Made by a program: the position numbers and the translations under genes
Shown: in pieces, positions 11,450 through 23,419 of the stretch
Position numbering within the stretch: position 1 is the stretch's first letter
Layout: each line of letters begins with the position of its first letter
Notes under the pieces: generated by a model
The model's input: only the letters and a program-made list of their open reading frames with translations
Databases searched by the model: none
Told to the model about the DNA's origin: nothing
Assembly (NCBI RefSeq): GCF_006345805.1
Contig: NC_043013.1
Coordinates: forward strand, 49,290,001-49,354,000
DNA: 64,000 bases
Direction: 5' to 3'
Source: Octopus sinensis
Lineage: Eukaryota

Positions 11450-11774
11450 GGAGCACTCCGTCGGTTACGACGACGAGAGTCCCAGCTGATACGATCAACG
11501 GAACAGCTTGCTCGTGAAATTAACGTGCACATGGCTGAGCATTCCACAGACACGTGTACCCTTAATGTAGTTCGCAAGGAGATTCAGCGTGACACAGAGT
11601 GTGACAAGGCTGGCCCTTTGAAATACAGGTACAACTCATTTTTGCCAGCTGAGTAGACTGGAGCAACGTGAAATAAAGTGTCTTGCTCAAGGACACAACG
11701 CGTCGCCGGGAATCGAACTCACAACCTTACGATCATGAGCCGAATGCCCTAACCACTAAGCCACGCGCCCTCAC
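11450..11774 (-). mobile_element. SINE B' (different tRNA head, family-B tail)
   Basis: rc: tgagggcgcgtggcttagtggttaggg...gttcgattcccgg...gtgtccttgagcaagacac..., then gttgtacctgtatttcaaagggcc...cgtaaccgacggagtgctcc. Confidence 0.85.
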
Positions 11775-12039
11775 AGCTTATATCATATTTGTTGAGACAA
11801 TATCACCTATATTGCATTCCTAAACTCAATGATTTCTTGAACTTCAATTTTATTATTGTTATTGTTTATATACCCCTCCCCCGTCTTTACCTTTTTTCAC
11901 TCTTCTATGCCCCTCCCCACTGAGCCATCTCTGAGTTTACACGCAATTATCCATTTATATCTGAAAACTCTTCAAGTATTAATACAGATCCCAGAGCAAA
12001 AATTCCCAAAACAGAAAAATAGCATTCAGTCAACACATC

Positions 12040-12260
12040 GACATTCTTCTTCTTCTTCTTCTTCTTCTTCTTCTTCTTCTTCTTCTTCTTCTTCTTCTTC
12101 TTCTCTGCCAAGAATTCGCAACGACCTCGAACCCACAAGAGTAAACAAGAGAAACAGAGCAGGCAGAAACAAGGAAAATGCCACTTGTATTTGAATACTA
12201 TGCAAATATTCTTTTAAAAAACTTTTCATTTAATTTTTCCAAAATTTAATTGTTTTCTAT
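12040..12260 (-). repeat. Family D repeat, copy 2, with (GAA)n tail
   Basis: Matches 2100-2240 (cctcgaaccca.aagagtaaa...ttttcatttaatttttccaaaatt). Confidence 0.6.
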
Positions 12261-12427
12261 ACTTACAGTTGAAAAAGTCTCAATGACCGAAACCGGTACT
12301 GAAATGTTTTTTATAAAATTATTTTAGCATTTTCTACCATAACTTTTTTTCCATATATATATCTCAACTCGTGTGTTCCTTTTCAACCTTCTACAGAGAC
12401 ACGTACATACATACATACATACATACA

Positions 12428-12459
<32 letters not shown>

Positions 12460-12649
12460 AATATGTGTGTGTGCGTATGTGTGTGTGTGTATACATACAT
12501 ATAGGCGTAGGAGTGACTATGTGGTAAGGAGCTTAACCACATGGTTCCGGGTCCAGTCCTACTGTGTGGCACCTTAAGCAAGTGTCTTCTATTATAGCCT
12601 CGGGCCTTGTGAGTGGATTTGGAAGACGGAAACTGAAAGAAGCCCGTCG

Positions 12650-12680
<31 letters not shown>

Positions 12681-13095
12681 TATATAATATATATATACCG
12701 GAGTAAACACATAAATGTGAAACAAGGTGGAAAAAAGAGTACTCAAATACCAGTGGTAGAGTAATATGCTTTATTTAAAGCAGCAGAAAATTCAACAAAA
12801 TATATATATATATATATATTTGAGCTCATTTTTGTTTATCGCTCGAAGATTGACCGTTATTTCTAAAGGGCCAATCAAACAAGTCCATTTTTTAAAGGTG
12901 TAGCGTTTGTAATAGTCTGGATAGAATTGACATATCGGTTCTATTCTAGCAAAAACTGTCCGATGAATGGCAACGGGAAACTCAGAGTAACAGGTTTTGT
13001 TGAATTTTCTGCTGCTTTAAATAAAGCATATTACTCTACCACTGGTATTTGAGTACTCTTTTTTCCACCTTGTTTCACATTTATGTGTTTACTCC

Positions 13096-13128
<33 letters not shown>

Positions 13129-13319
13129 GACGGGCTTCTTTCAGTTTCCGTCTTCCAAATCCACTCACAAGGCCCGAGGCTATAATAGAAGACACTTGCT
13201 TAAGGTGCCACACAGTAGGACTGGACCCGGAACCATGTGGTTAAGCTCCTTACCACATAGTCACTCCTACGCCTATATGTATGTATACACACACACACAC
13301 ATACGCACACACACATATT

Positions 13320-13351
<32 letters not shown>

Positions 13352-13551
13352 TGTATGTATGTATGTATGTATGTATGTATGTATGTATGTACGTGTCTCT
13401 GTAGAAGGTTGAAAAGGAACACACGAGTTGAGATATATATATGGAAAAAAAGTTATGGTAGAAAATGCTAAAATAATTTTATAAAAAACATTTCAGTACC
13501 GGTTTCGGTCATTGAGACTTTTTCAACTGTAAGTATGGAAAACAATTAAAT
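12244..13551. repeat. 1.3-kb inverted duplication (557-bp arms, 194-bp spacer) carrying a SINE A 5' part in each arm
   Basis: Arms 12244-12800 and 12995-13551 are near-identical reverse complements apart from microsatellite length. Confidence 0.9.
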
Positions 13552-13570
13552 ATATGGAAACAATTAAATA

Positions 13571-13996
13571 TATAAATTATAAAAATTATAAAATTGGAGG
13601 AAAAACCTTACATTGAATAAAATACATATTGACCTTAATGAAGGAAATATAATTAATACATGGAAATTGAAATGCATTAAAAATATTACACTGCAGTACA
13701 TATTCATATTAAAGTATACATATATATCAACATACACAGAAAGGATGCGTGCAAACCCAATACATATACAGACGTATAAATATAAAGCTAAAATTTATAC
13801 GTCTGTATATGTATGGGGTTTGCACGCATCCTTTCTGTGTATGTTGATATATATGTATACTTTAATATGAATATGTACTGCAGTGTAATATTTTTAATGC
13901 ATTTCAATTTCCATGTATTAATTATATTTCCTTCATTAAGGTCAATATATATTTTATTCAATGTAAGGTTTTTCCTCCAATTTTATAATTTTTATA

Positions 13997-14003
<7 letters not shown>
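13571..14003. repeat. 433-bp near-perfect palindrome
   Basis: 211-bp arms, 11-nt spacer ataaagctaaa, two mismatches seen. Confidence 0.9.
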
Positions 14004-14029
<26 letters not shown>

Positions 14030-14048
<19 letters not shown>

Positions 14049-14248
14049 TCATTTTTGTTTATCGCTCGAAGATTGACCGTTATTTCTAAAGGGCCAATCA
14101 AACAAGTCCATTTTTTATAGGTGTAGCGTTTGTAATAGTCTGGATAGAATTGACATATCGGTTCTATTCTAGCAAAAACTGTCCGATGAACGGCAACGGG
14201 AAACTCAGAGTAACAGGTTTTGTTGAATTTTCTGCTGCTTTAAATAAA
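14030..14248 (+). repeat. Direct copy of 12815-13024 (PLE-terminus-like unit with hammerhead-like motif)
   Basis: gctcatttttgtttatcgctcgaag...ctgctgctttaaataaag is nearly identical in both places. Confidence 0.85.
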
Positions 14249-14951
14249 GTATATATATATATATATATATGTATTTGTGTGTGTATTTGTTTGTGTGTCT
14301 ATGTTTGTGCCCCCAACATCGCTTGGCAACCGATACTGGTGTGTTTACGGACCCGTAACTTACCTGTTATTTCTTGTGAGTGGATTCTGTAAAGTGAAAC
14401 TAAGAGAAGCCCTTCGTCTATTTGCATGTTTGTGTGTGTATGTTTTTGTGTTAATCAAAAGAGAAAATACTTTGACGAGTTTATCCTGAAAATTCATAGC
14501 ATCCGAGGTACACCGATCTAAATGTTCGTAATAATCTTGCCCAAAAATGTGCGCAATTGTAACCAATGGAAACATCCGTAACATCCGACTTTAAGAGTTT
14601 GAGAATACACGCCTTCACAGACTTTATCCAACACCATCACCAAATAATGAAATACCACGAACAAGGAAATTTAATATCTAAACAAACAAAGAGATATCAT
14701 CAAATGCTTAACTCTGCCTAATATCAACTGAACCAGCAGCAAGAAAGAAAAGAAAAAGTTGCAGACGCTCTAACGGTGATATATGCATAATCTGTCAGCA
14801 GGAAAAAGGGATCGTTATATATAAGGAAAACATTTCAAGGTAATAATTAAAAAGAATACCTGGGAATCCGTAAACCTAATTTATGCAATAAAAATGTTCA
14901 TGAGGTGAAGAAAGCACTATACCTGAATAGATCAGAAATTCTAACGCCAGA

Positions 14952-15113
14952 GGCGTAAGAGTGGCTGTGTGGTAAGTAGCTTGCTTACCAACCATATGGT
15001 TCTGGGTTCAGTCCTACTGCGTGGCACCTTGGGCAAGTGTCTTCTACTATAATCTCGATCCGACCAAAGCCTTGTGAGCGGATTTGGTAGACGGAAACTG
15101 AAAGAAGCCCGTC

Positions 15114-15145
<32 letters not shown>

Positions 15146-15363
15146 TTGTGTGTCTGTGTTTGTCCCCCCACCATCGCTTGACAACCGATGCTGGTGTGTT
15201 TACGTCTCCGTTACTTAGCGGTTCGGCAAAAGAGATCGATAGAATAAGTACTAGGCTTCCAAAGAATAAGTCCTGGGGTCGGTTTGCTCGACTAAAGGCG
15301 GTGCTCCAGCATGGCCACATTCAAATGACTGAAACAAGTAAAAGAGTAAAAGAGTAAAGAGTA
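14952..15363 (+). mobile_element. SINE family A
   Basis: Full copy, diverged. Confidence 0.85.
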
Positions 15364-15729
15364 CTGCCAAATAGGCTTCAGTACACATATTGATACGTGT
15401 AGTGGTAAGGAACAACTCAATTTTACGATCTTCTTTTATGAATTTGCGGATGACACATTGCAAGAGCAATGCATCAATAAAGAAACCACATTCGTAGCGA
15501 AATATCGGTTTCAAATTTTGGCACAAGGCTAGCAAGTTTGTGATGAACTGATGCTTATTTTATTGACCCCGAAAGAGATGAAAGGTAAAGAAGACTTCGG
15601 TGGCATTTGAACTCAGAACATGAAGAAGGGCGAAATACCGCTAAGCGCTTTGCCCGACTCTGCCAGATCGCTGCCTTATTTAATGGCAAAATATCGATTA
15701 CTAATGAACAACTGCGGGAGGGAAAAGAT

Positions 15730-15771
<42 letters not shown>

Positions 15772-15989
15772 GACTACGAAATTTGAACTCAGAACATGAA
15801 GACAGGCGAAATGCCGCTAGGTATGTTGCCCGGCATGTCAATGATTCTACCAGCTTGTCTCTTTAAACCATACTTTAATATCAAAACTGCAGGAGCAGGA
15901 GGACATACATGGACGGAAAGGGTCACTGAAGAGGTCACAGATGTGTGACGCAAGATTTCCGGACGATGAACATACGATAAAATAAGAAT

Positions 15990-16505
15990 AAACGAGTGAA
16001 GAAAGAATATGTAGGATGTATGTTTATTTGGCAACAAAAACAAAGAAAAATGGCCATCCCGGTATATAGCAATATATACATACATACATGCATACATGCA
16101 TGCATACACACATACACACACATGCATACATACATACATACACACACACATACATATATATATATACTTATATACATACATGCATACACACATGCATACA
16201 TACATATATACGCACATACACACACACACATAGATACATACATACATACATACACACATACATATAGACATACACACATACATATAGACATACATACACA
16301 CACATACATACATACGTACGTACATATATACATACATACACACACACATACATATATACATACACACATACATACATACATACATACACGCATACATACA
16401 TACGTATATACATACATACATACATACATACATACATACATACATACATACATACATACATACATACATACATACATACATACATACATAGGTGTGTATG
16501 TGTGC
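15990..16505. repeat. Compound (TACA)n/(CA)n microsatellite
   Basis: Seen directly. Confidence 0.9.
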
Positions 16506-17234
16506 GTATACCTTACTTTTAAAAGTAATTTCAAAGTTATTGCGAAATAATTTTCAGTGACTTTTATGAACAACTGAAAGTAATTCTGCGTTTATATGAA
16601 TCCTCTAAAAATAATTCTAACGTATATTAATTATGTTGTAAATGCAGGGTTTCGTATTCCTCGTGATATTTGTATCTATCTACCCCTGATTCTGAAACAA
16701 AACTTGATCTGTAAACTTCGCATTCTTTTCCTTTTTCTTCTATTCTACTTTTTTTTGCTTCCATATCGTTGAAATTTCTGTCATCAGACAACAATTAAAA
16801 TCACTACAAAGAAACAGGTAGAAAAAAAAAACACACATAGAATGCACAAAAGACAATTCTTGTATCTTCGAGATTTTTCTATGAATCTAGGTCGCTCGTA
16901 TCTGTAATGAGATATGGATGGAGAGCAAACTAAGCATTTTCTATATCGTATTACTTCTATGCAAGCGTAGGAATGGTATGTTATCATATAACACGCGAAG
17001 AACAGCTGGATACAGGCACTTCTCTACTTGTAATCGAAATTCCACCAGAACTCAAGCGTTTCGAGAATATGCCAACATTTATATATGTATTTATAAGTAA
17101 AAATATTTCTTCGTGATAATGTAGCAAATCTATTTACTCGAGATAAAAGAGTAGAATGGTTACGAATCTATTCAGGCTGAATATTTTGATGTTAAATATA
17201 CATTCAGATATATATTTTTTATTTCTGTATTGAA

Positions 17235-18065
17235 GTATATATGATTGTGTGTGTGTGTGTGTGATTGTGTGTGATTGTGTGTGTGTGTGTGTGTGATTGT
17301 GTGATTGTGTGATTGTATGTGTGATTGTGTGTGTGTGTGTGTGTGTGTGAGATTGTGTGTGTGTGTGTGATTGTGTGTGTGTGTATATGTGATTGTGTGT
17401 GTGTGTGTGATTGTGTGTCTGTGTGATTGTGTGTGTGTGTGTGATTGTGTGATTGTGTGATTGTATGTGTGATTGTGTGTGTGGTGTGTGTGTGTGTGTG
17501 TGATTGTGTGGTGTGTGTGTGTGTTGTGTGTGTGTGTATATGTGATTGTGTGTGTGTGTGTGATTGTGTGTCTGTGTGATTGTGTGTGTGTGTGTGTGAT
17601 TGTGTGATTGTGTGATTGTATGTGTGATTGTGTGTGTGTGTGTGTGTGTGTGTGATTGGTGTGTGTGTGTGATTGTGTGTGTGTGTATATGTGATTGTGG
17701 TGTGTGTGTGATTGTGTGTCTGTGTGATTGTGTGTGTGTGTGTGTGATTGTGTTGATTGTGTGATTGTATGTGTGATTGTGTGTGTGTGTGTGTGCGTGT
17801 GTTGTGGTGGGTGTGTGTGTGATTGTGTGTGTATGTGTATGATTGTGTGTCTGTGTGATTGTGTGTGTGTGTGATTGTGTGTGTGTTATATGTGATTGGT
17901 GTGTGTTGTGTGATTGTGTGTGTGTGTGATTGGTGGTGTGTGTGATTGTGTGTGTGTGATTGTGTGGTGTGAATGTGTGTGTGTGTGTGTGTGTGATGTG
18001 TGTGTTGGTGTGTGTGTGTGTGTTGTGTGGAATGTGTGTGTGTGTGTGTGTGTGATTGTGTGCGC
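17235..18065. repeat. (GT)n minisatellite punctuated by GATT, with higher-order units
   Basis: Block gtatatgtgattgtg...gtgtctgtgtgattg recurs near 17383, 17535 and 17685. Confidence 0.85.
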
Positions 18066-18596
18066 GTGCTCACGCGCGTGTCTGTCGGTCTGACAGTCTG
18101 TCTTTTCTTAGAGTTTCGCCATTTTAAACATATGTGCAGCTTCTGGTATTAAACAATATACAGCGGGAACGATATGAAAATGCAAGTGTTTGACCTGTGT
18201 GTATACCGAATCTCTACATATTAGGGAAATATTTGTAAGAAAAGCAAAACTGAAGGAAATTAAATTAGTATAAATATTGGCAGAAGAGAAATTCACAATT
18301 TTAAACATCACTATGGCTACGCGTTGATTGCAGAAGAAGAACGTCAACCGACTCTTTTATTGTAAGCTAATGCTTGCTTCAAAGCAATTCTTTTTGTCGA
18401 TCAACAGCCAATGAAAAACTCCAACAATATTATCATACAGAATGAAATAATGGAAGTAGTAAAATCATTTAATTGTCTTTGAGCTTATTAAAGTCGATAG
18501 CTACATAAAAGAAATCAAACGGAAAATGGCTAAACCAGCATTGACTAAAACTAACTCGATTAAAAGAAGTGAACTATTTTAAACGAAAGGAAGAAA

Positions 18597-18985
18597 TCTT
18601 TATATATAAAAGTGAAGTTGTGTGTCTGTCTCCTACGATTTAGATTCCTAACTACTCGCACATTTTGCGGTGCAGTTTAACCAAAAGCGGGTATCTTATA
18701 GTCGTGATTCATATCGAGCCCTTCTGGGTATTAGCATGAGTCTAAGATTAAAAAAAAAATTTACCATCAATTTTTTCCATTTTAATGCATTTTTCCGCTA
18801 TTATATAAGGGAAGTAACTCTCTAAAAATGTCTACGATGAGTCAACGATTTAAAAAAAAATTTACCATCATTTTTTCCCCATTTTTAATGCATTTTTTTG
18901 CTATTTTTTTTAGCTATAACTCTCTAAAAATGCTTATATAGTTATTTCCCTTACAAACCAGAGCAACGCGGGGCGATACTGCTAG
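18597..18985 (+). mobile_element. Non-autonomous Helitron
   Basis: A|TC 5' end, GC-rich subterminal segment, CTAG|T 3' end, no TSD; second copy at 23000. Confidence 0.75.
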
Positions 18986-19716
18986 TGGTTAATAAAAGCT
19001 TAATTTTCCCAGTTATGACCCGTGAAGAAGAAACGAAGAATATATATAACTAAGGAACAGTTTGGAGCATTTAAAATGCTGTTTAGTGGATCGGCATTTC
19101 TTGGAATAGAAAGTAAAGTGAAATATGACTAGACGCAATATAAAACCAAAAAGGAAGGCAATAGTGACTGAAGGTGCATTGTGCTGTCTTTTATTATTTT
19201 CATGTTACCATTTTGCTGAATTCTCCCTTGATTCTTATGGTAAGATATCGATATACTGACAGGAGGATCATCAACAAGCAATGGAGTAGTGCGTCTGATG
19301 AGCTTTACTTTCAAGCGAAATTGACATAGTACCCTCGTTCGCTGTATATGTACTAACAGGGGAGTGGTTAACTCCCCTCTCAGTACATAGACTTATGCTA
19401 TGTTTGTGGCTATAAGTTTGTGACTCTTATTTGTGACTCTTATGTTTGTGGCTATAAGTTTGTGACTCTTATTTCTAGTAATGTAGATGTTAGAATGCAC
19501 CTTCAGTCATAATTAGTGACAAGTGAAGTGTATATATATATATATTAATATGAATGTATGTATATGCATGCATGTATATGTAGGTGTGTGGGTGTGGAGG
19601 TGGGGTGGGGTGCTTGTGCATGTGCGTGCGTACATGCGTGTGAGTTTTAATATACATGTTATTTTCTGAAATAAAGATTATAGTGTTAGCAAAAAATGTA
19701 GCAATGACCCAAAAAA

Positions 19717-20332
19717 GGAATACAAAATATGGGACAAGAAGGCAAATCATCCAGACAGTTAGATGATACAAAAAAGGGACGAGAAAAAACAAGGATAGGT
19801 CATTCGGAATTTCCTTTCCTCAGTCGAGTTCCAGATTAACTTTGCAATTTCAGCTGGTTATACTTGAAATTGCTCGTCTGGCCAGCCCCAAGGAAAAACA
19901 AAGCTAAGAGCACTAGATTCCTTGGAAGAAAGCAGCGAATGTATACGAAAACAAGGACGGGAAAAAAACGGAGAAATGGTACACAAATACAGATGAAAAT
20001 ATCAGGACATTAACAACAGGTATCTTGCGACTAAGGACGAAATAAATTAAGCTGGCTATGTGGAAGTTAAGTCTTACGGCAAGGACATAAATGATGACAG
20101 GCATGTGGAGGAATAGAGATGTTGCACGGATGGTAGTCGAACCAAGAAAGGTCAAGCTTGGCCGAACACCGGTCACGTGGAGAGAGAGAGGAGAGAGGTA
20201 GAGGCAGAGGGATAGAAGAATAAGACTGAGGAAAGAAAACTCCGAATGACCCGTCCTTATTTTTTCTTGTGCCTTTTTTGTATCATCTAACTGTCTGGAT
20301 GTTTTGCCTTCTTGTCAAACTTTTTGTATTCC
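19717..20332 (-). mobile_element. PLE-like 3' end flanked by 109-bp inverted terminal copies
   Basis: Arms 19717-19825 and 20224-20332; degraded core; adjoins (TA)n. Confidence 0.55.
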
Positions 20333-20343
20333 TTTATACATAT

Positions 20344-20379
<36 letters not shown>

Positions 20380-20625
20380 ATAACAAAATAATAAATAAAA
20401 CATATGCATATATACATACATCTATGTACGTACCTACATCTATATATATATATATATACATGCATATATGGGTACAGAACACCAAAAAAAAACGTCGAAC
20501 ACAACGAGAAACGAAAACATAAACACAAAATCAAGGAAATGGACATTTTTCTTAAACAACGAAAAAATAGAGTACAAGACGTACAACACAAGGAACTTTC
20601 CCCTTCGAATTGTACAGACAGACAG

Positions 20626-20657
<32 letters not shown>

Positions 20658-20872
20658 TGTTACTATTTCTGAAGTTCCACTCAAGAAGTATTCGTCAATC
20701 TAAATGCGATACCTGAAGATACTTGCTCAAGATAGAACGCTTTAGAATCGAACCTGTAACCAAGAGGTTGCGAAGCCAACTCTTTAATTATTTAGCCATG
20801 CTTGCGCCTATATAGTATGTGTATACATATAAATTATTTACCCACTCTACAGTTATATATGTGCGTCTGTGC

Positions 20873-21255
20873 GGAGGCGCAATGGCCCAGTGGTTAGGGC
20901 AGCGGACTCGCGGTCGTAGGATCGCGGTTTCGGTTCCCAGACCGGGCGTTGTGAGTGTTTATTGAGCGAAAACACCTAAAGCTCCACGAGGCTCCGGCAG
21001 GGGATGGTGGTGATCCCTGCTGTACTCTTTCACCACAACTTTCTCTCACTCTTACTTCCTGTTTCTGTTGTACCTGTATTTCAAAGGGCCGGCCTTGTCA
21101 CTCTCTGTGTCACGCTGAATATCCCCGAGAACTACGTTAAGGGTACACGTGTCTGTGGAGTGCTCTGCCACTTACACGTTAATTTCACGAGCAGGCTGTT
21201 CCGTTGATTCGGATCAACCGGAACCCTCGTCGTCGTAACCGACGGAGTGCTTCCA
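20873..21255 (+). mobile_element. SINE family B (tRNA head, cgtaaccgacggagtgcttcca tail)
   Basis: ggaggcgcaatggcccagtggttaggg...ggtttcggttcccagacc; same family at 24772, 26331, 33561, 36868. Confidence 0.9.
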
Positions 21256-21449
21256 ACATCTGTAAACAGTCTCCGCATCTGTGCGTCTGTGAATGAAGGT
21301 TATTAATGCTATTGCGTATTAATATGCCTATTGTTTCATGAATATCATTCGTTTGCTTAGCAACCTCATATTTATGTTATCTCTTCAATAAGGTATTTGT
21401 TCTCTTTGACATTTGTTATTTATCCTTATTTCTTTTTTCTTTTTTGCAG

Positions 21450-21539
21450 CCATTACCCCCCGAGGAGCAATGTGCTGATGGTATTGGCTATGTGGTATAT
21501 TGGCGTGTCAAAGGAAATCCAAATAGTAAATGGTCAAAG
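21450..21539 (+). CDS. Cntn: Contactin-like exon 5 (FN3-2)
   Basis: ttttgcag|...AAG|gtatat, phase 0-0; PLPPEEQCADGIGYVVYWRVKGNPNSKWSK. Confidence 0.9.
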
Positions 21540-21753
21540 GTATATTAAACTCAATTTGTATTTAAATACTAGTGTTTATTATTACTGTGGTGTTGGCAGT
21601 CGGTGTTACGGGCAATGATGAGCGATATAGTGTGATGGATGAAGAGGACAACAGAAAAAGAAGCAACGGGAGAAATCAATACAAAAGGCCTTACCTCCGC
21701 CGAGGTATATATCTATATATATATATCTATAGATATAGATATATATGTATATA

Positions 21754-21789
<36 letters not shown>

Positions 21790-22046
21790 ATTAAAAATGA
21801 GGGTGTCTAAAAGACACCAACATGCCGAAATAGCAGTCGAAACACTGACTATAGTACCACGTTAAATGTTCATATCGCACCATGAGGTAAAGCGGAGGGA
21901 CAAAACATACAAGCAAAAATTATTGAATTATTCAAGATCCAAGGATTTCTGGTTCTGCTTTAGATAAGCTTTACCGTCATCAATTGAATATATCAAGGGT
22001 ACATAAATACAGATACATATATGCACAGCAAACGATATACTTACAT

Positions 22047-22180
22047 ATCTTTTACTTGTTTCAGTCACTTGACAGCGGCCATGCTGAAGCACCGCCTTTA
22101 GTCGAACAAATCGACCCCAGGACTTATTTTTTGTAAGCCCAGTACTTATTCTATCGGTCTCTTTTGCCGAACCGCTAAGT
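22047..22180 (-). mobile_element. SINE A 3' fragment
   Basis: ttttacttgtttcagtc...gccgaaccgctaagt. Confidence 0.8.
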
Positions 22181-22999
22181 TATATATGTATAATTTCTTA
22201 CAGTTCAGTACCTATCTTCCTTAGACCTATATATATAAGCACATATATCTATGAGCATAAAATGCATACAAAAATATATATATACATGCATAAGTACTCA
22301 TATATTCACAAAAAATATAGATACATACATCCATATTTAAGCCTTTGTGCAAAGAGAAAAAGGCAAATTATCTTAATGTGCTCCATTAATATTATTTACC
22401 ACTTCAGTTTACTCCGTGATTTGTGTTCGTATTCTATTTTTTGAGATTGAGATTCAATTTACTGGCTCCTTACTTTAACAGACAGGGCTCTCAACGATTC
22501 TGAAACAGTCAACGGCGGTTTCAGTTTTCACCAACATGGTAAGAATGCCTTGTAATACGATCTGCGAAAGTTTTTAAGCTGCAGATATTAAACCAACGCA
22601 ACAAACTTTTGTGCATCTTTTGAAAGGTGGGTTACCATCTTTGCACTTTCTTTTCTCTCTTCCCTGTCTGTGAATATTGTGTCACACTCTCATCGCTAGT
22701 CATTTCGCCCTGCAGTTGTCTGTTTCCAATTATGCTACAACTATTTGCAATTAATGATTTGTATCAAATGTTTCCAGTTTTTCATCTGTTGTTGACAGGA
22801 AAAATGGTAAGAAAAAAATGTGTCACCGAAAAATGTTGCAATCTTAGCAGAGAAAAGTCACAGGAAAAACATTACATTTAACTTCAATATCTTAAATAAT
22901 AGTTAAGTATAAAATAGTTAAAGCCACTTAGTAACTGACAATATCGCATGGCTAATGGAAATATTCTAAAAGACCCGCTATTTATAAATATATAGAATA

Positions 23000-23393
23000 C
23001 TAGCAGTATCGCCCGGCATTGCTCGGGTTTGTAAGGGAAATAACTATATAAGCATTTTTAGAGATGTAAAGTATAATAGCCATCTCAATATAGCAAACCA
23101 CAAAGGGAGGGGGGTTACTGTAGATTTTTACGTTCTGAGATTTAATAATAAATTTTTAGAGAGTTACTTCCCTTATATATGCCAAAAATGCATTAAAAAT
23201 GGGAAAAATTGATGGTAATTTTTTTTTTAAATCGTAGACTCATCGTAGACGCGCGCTAATACCCAGAAAGGCTCGATATGAATCACGACTATAAGATACC
23301 CGCTTTTGGTTAAACTGCACCGCAAAATGTGGGAGTAGTTAGGAATCTAAATTGTAGGAGACAGACACACAACTTCACTTTTATATATAAAGA
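23000..23393 (-). mobile_element. Non-autonomous Helitron, copy 2
   Basis: Reverse complement of the 18597-18985 termini and body. Confidence 0.75.
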
Positions 23394-23419
23394 TATAAAG
23401 ATATATAACGCACTAAACA

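Noticed and set aside
14490-14900. Possible PLE GIY-YIG relic (IVIYKENIS..KEYLG)
   Set aside because: The similarity is too weak and fragmented to call without a profile search.
15789-18073. Long ORFs in the track (230, 212, 184 and 284 aa; also those at 9547, 58617 and 59025)
   Set aside because: They are translations of (TACA)n/(CA)n/(GT)n microsatellites, low-complexity, with no splice or domain support.
20655-20705. Minus-strand TTGACGA..GAAATAGTA as a hammerhead
   Set aside because: Positions 3 and 8 are mismatched, stem III is not palindromic and stem I is poor.
20873-20945. tRNA-like A/B-box sequences at SINE heads
   Set aside because: They continue into SINE bodies and lack a complete cloverleaf and acceptor stem, so they are not called as tRNA genes.
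8274-21449. Possible hidden contactin exon in the 13.2-kb intron
   Set aside because: Exons 4 and 5 join in frame (SITWA|PLPPEEQ) as a continuous FN3 domain, and no extra FN3/Ig-like exon was seen.
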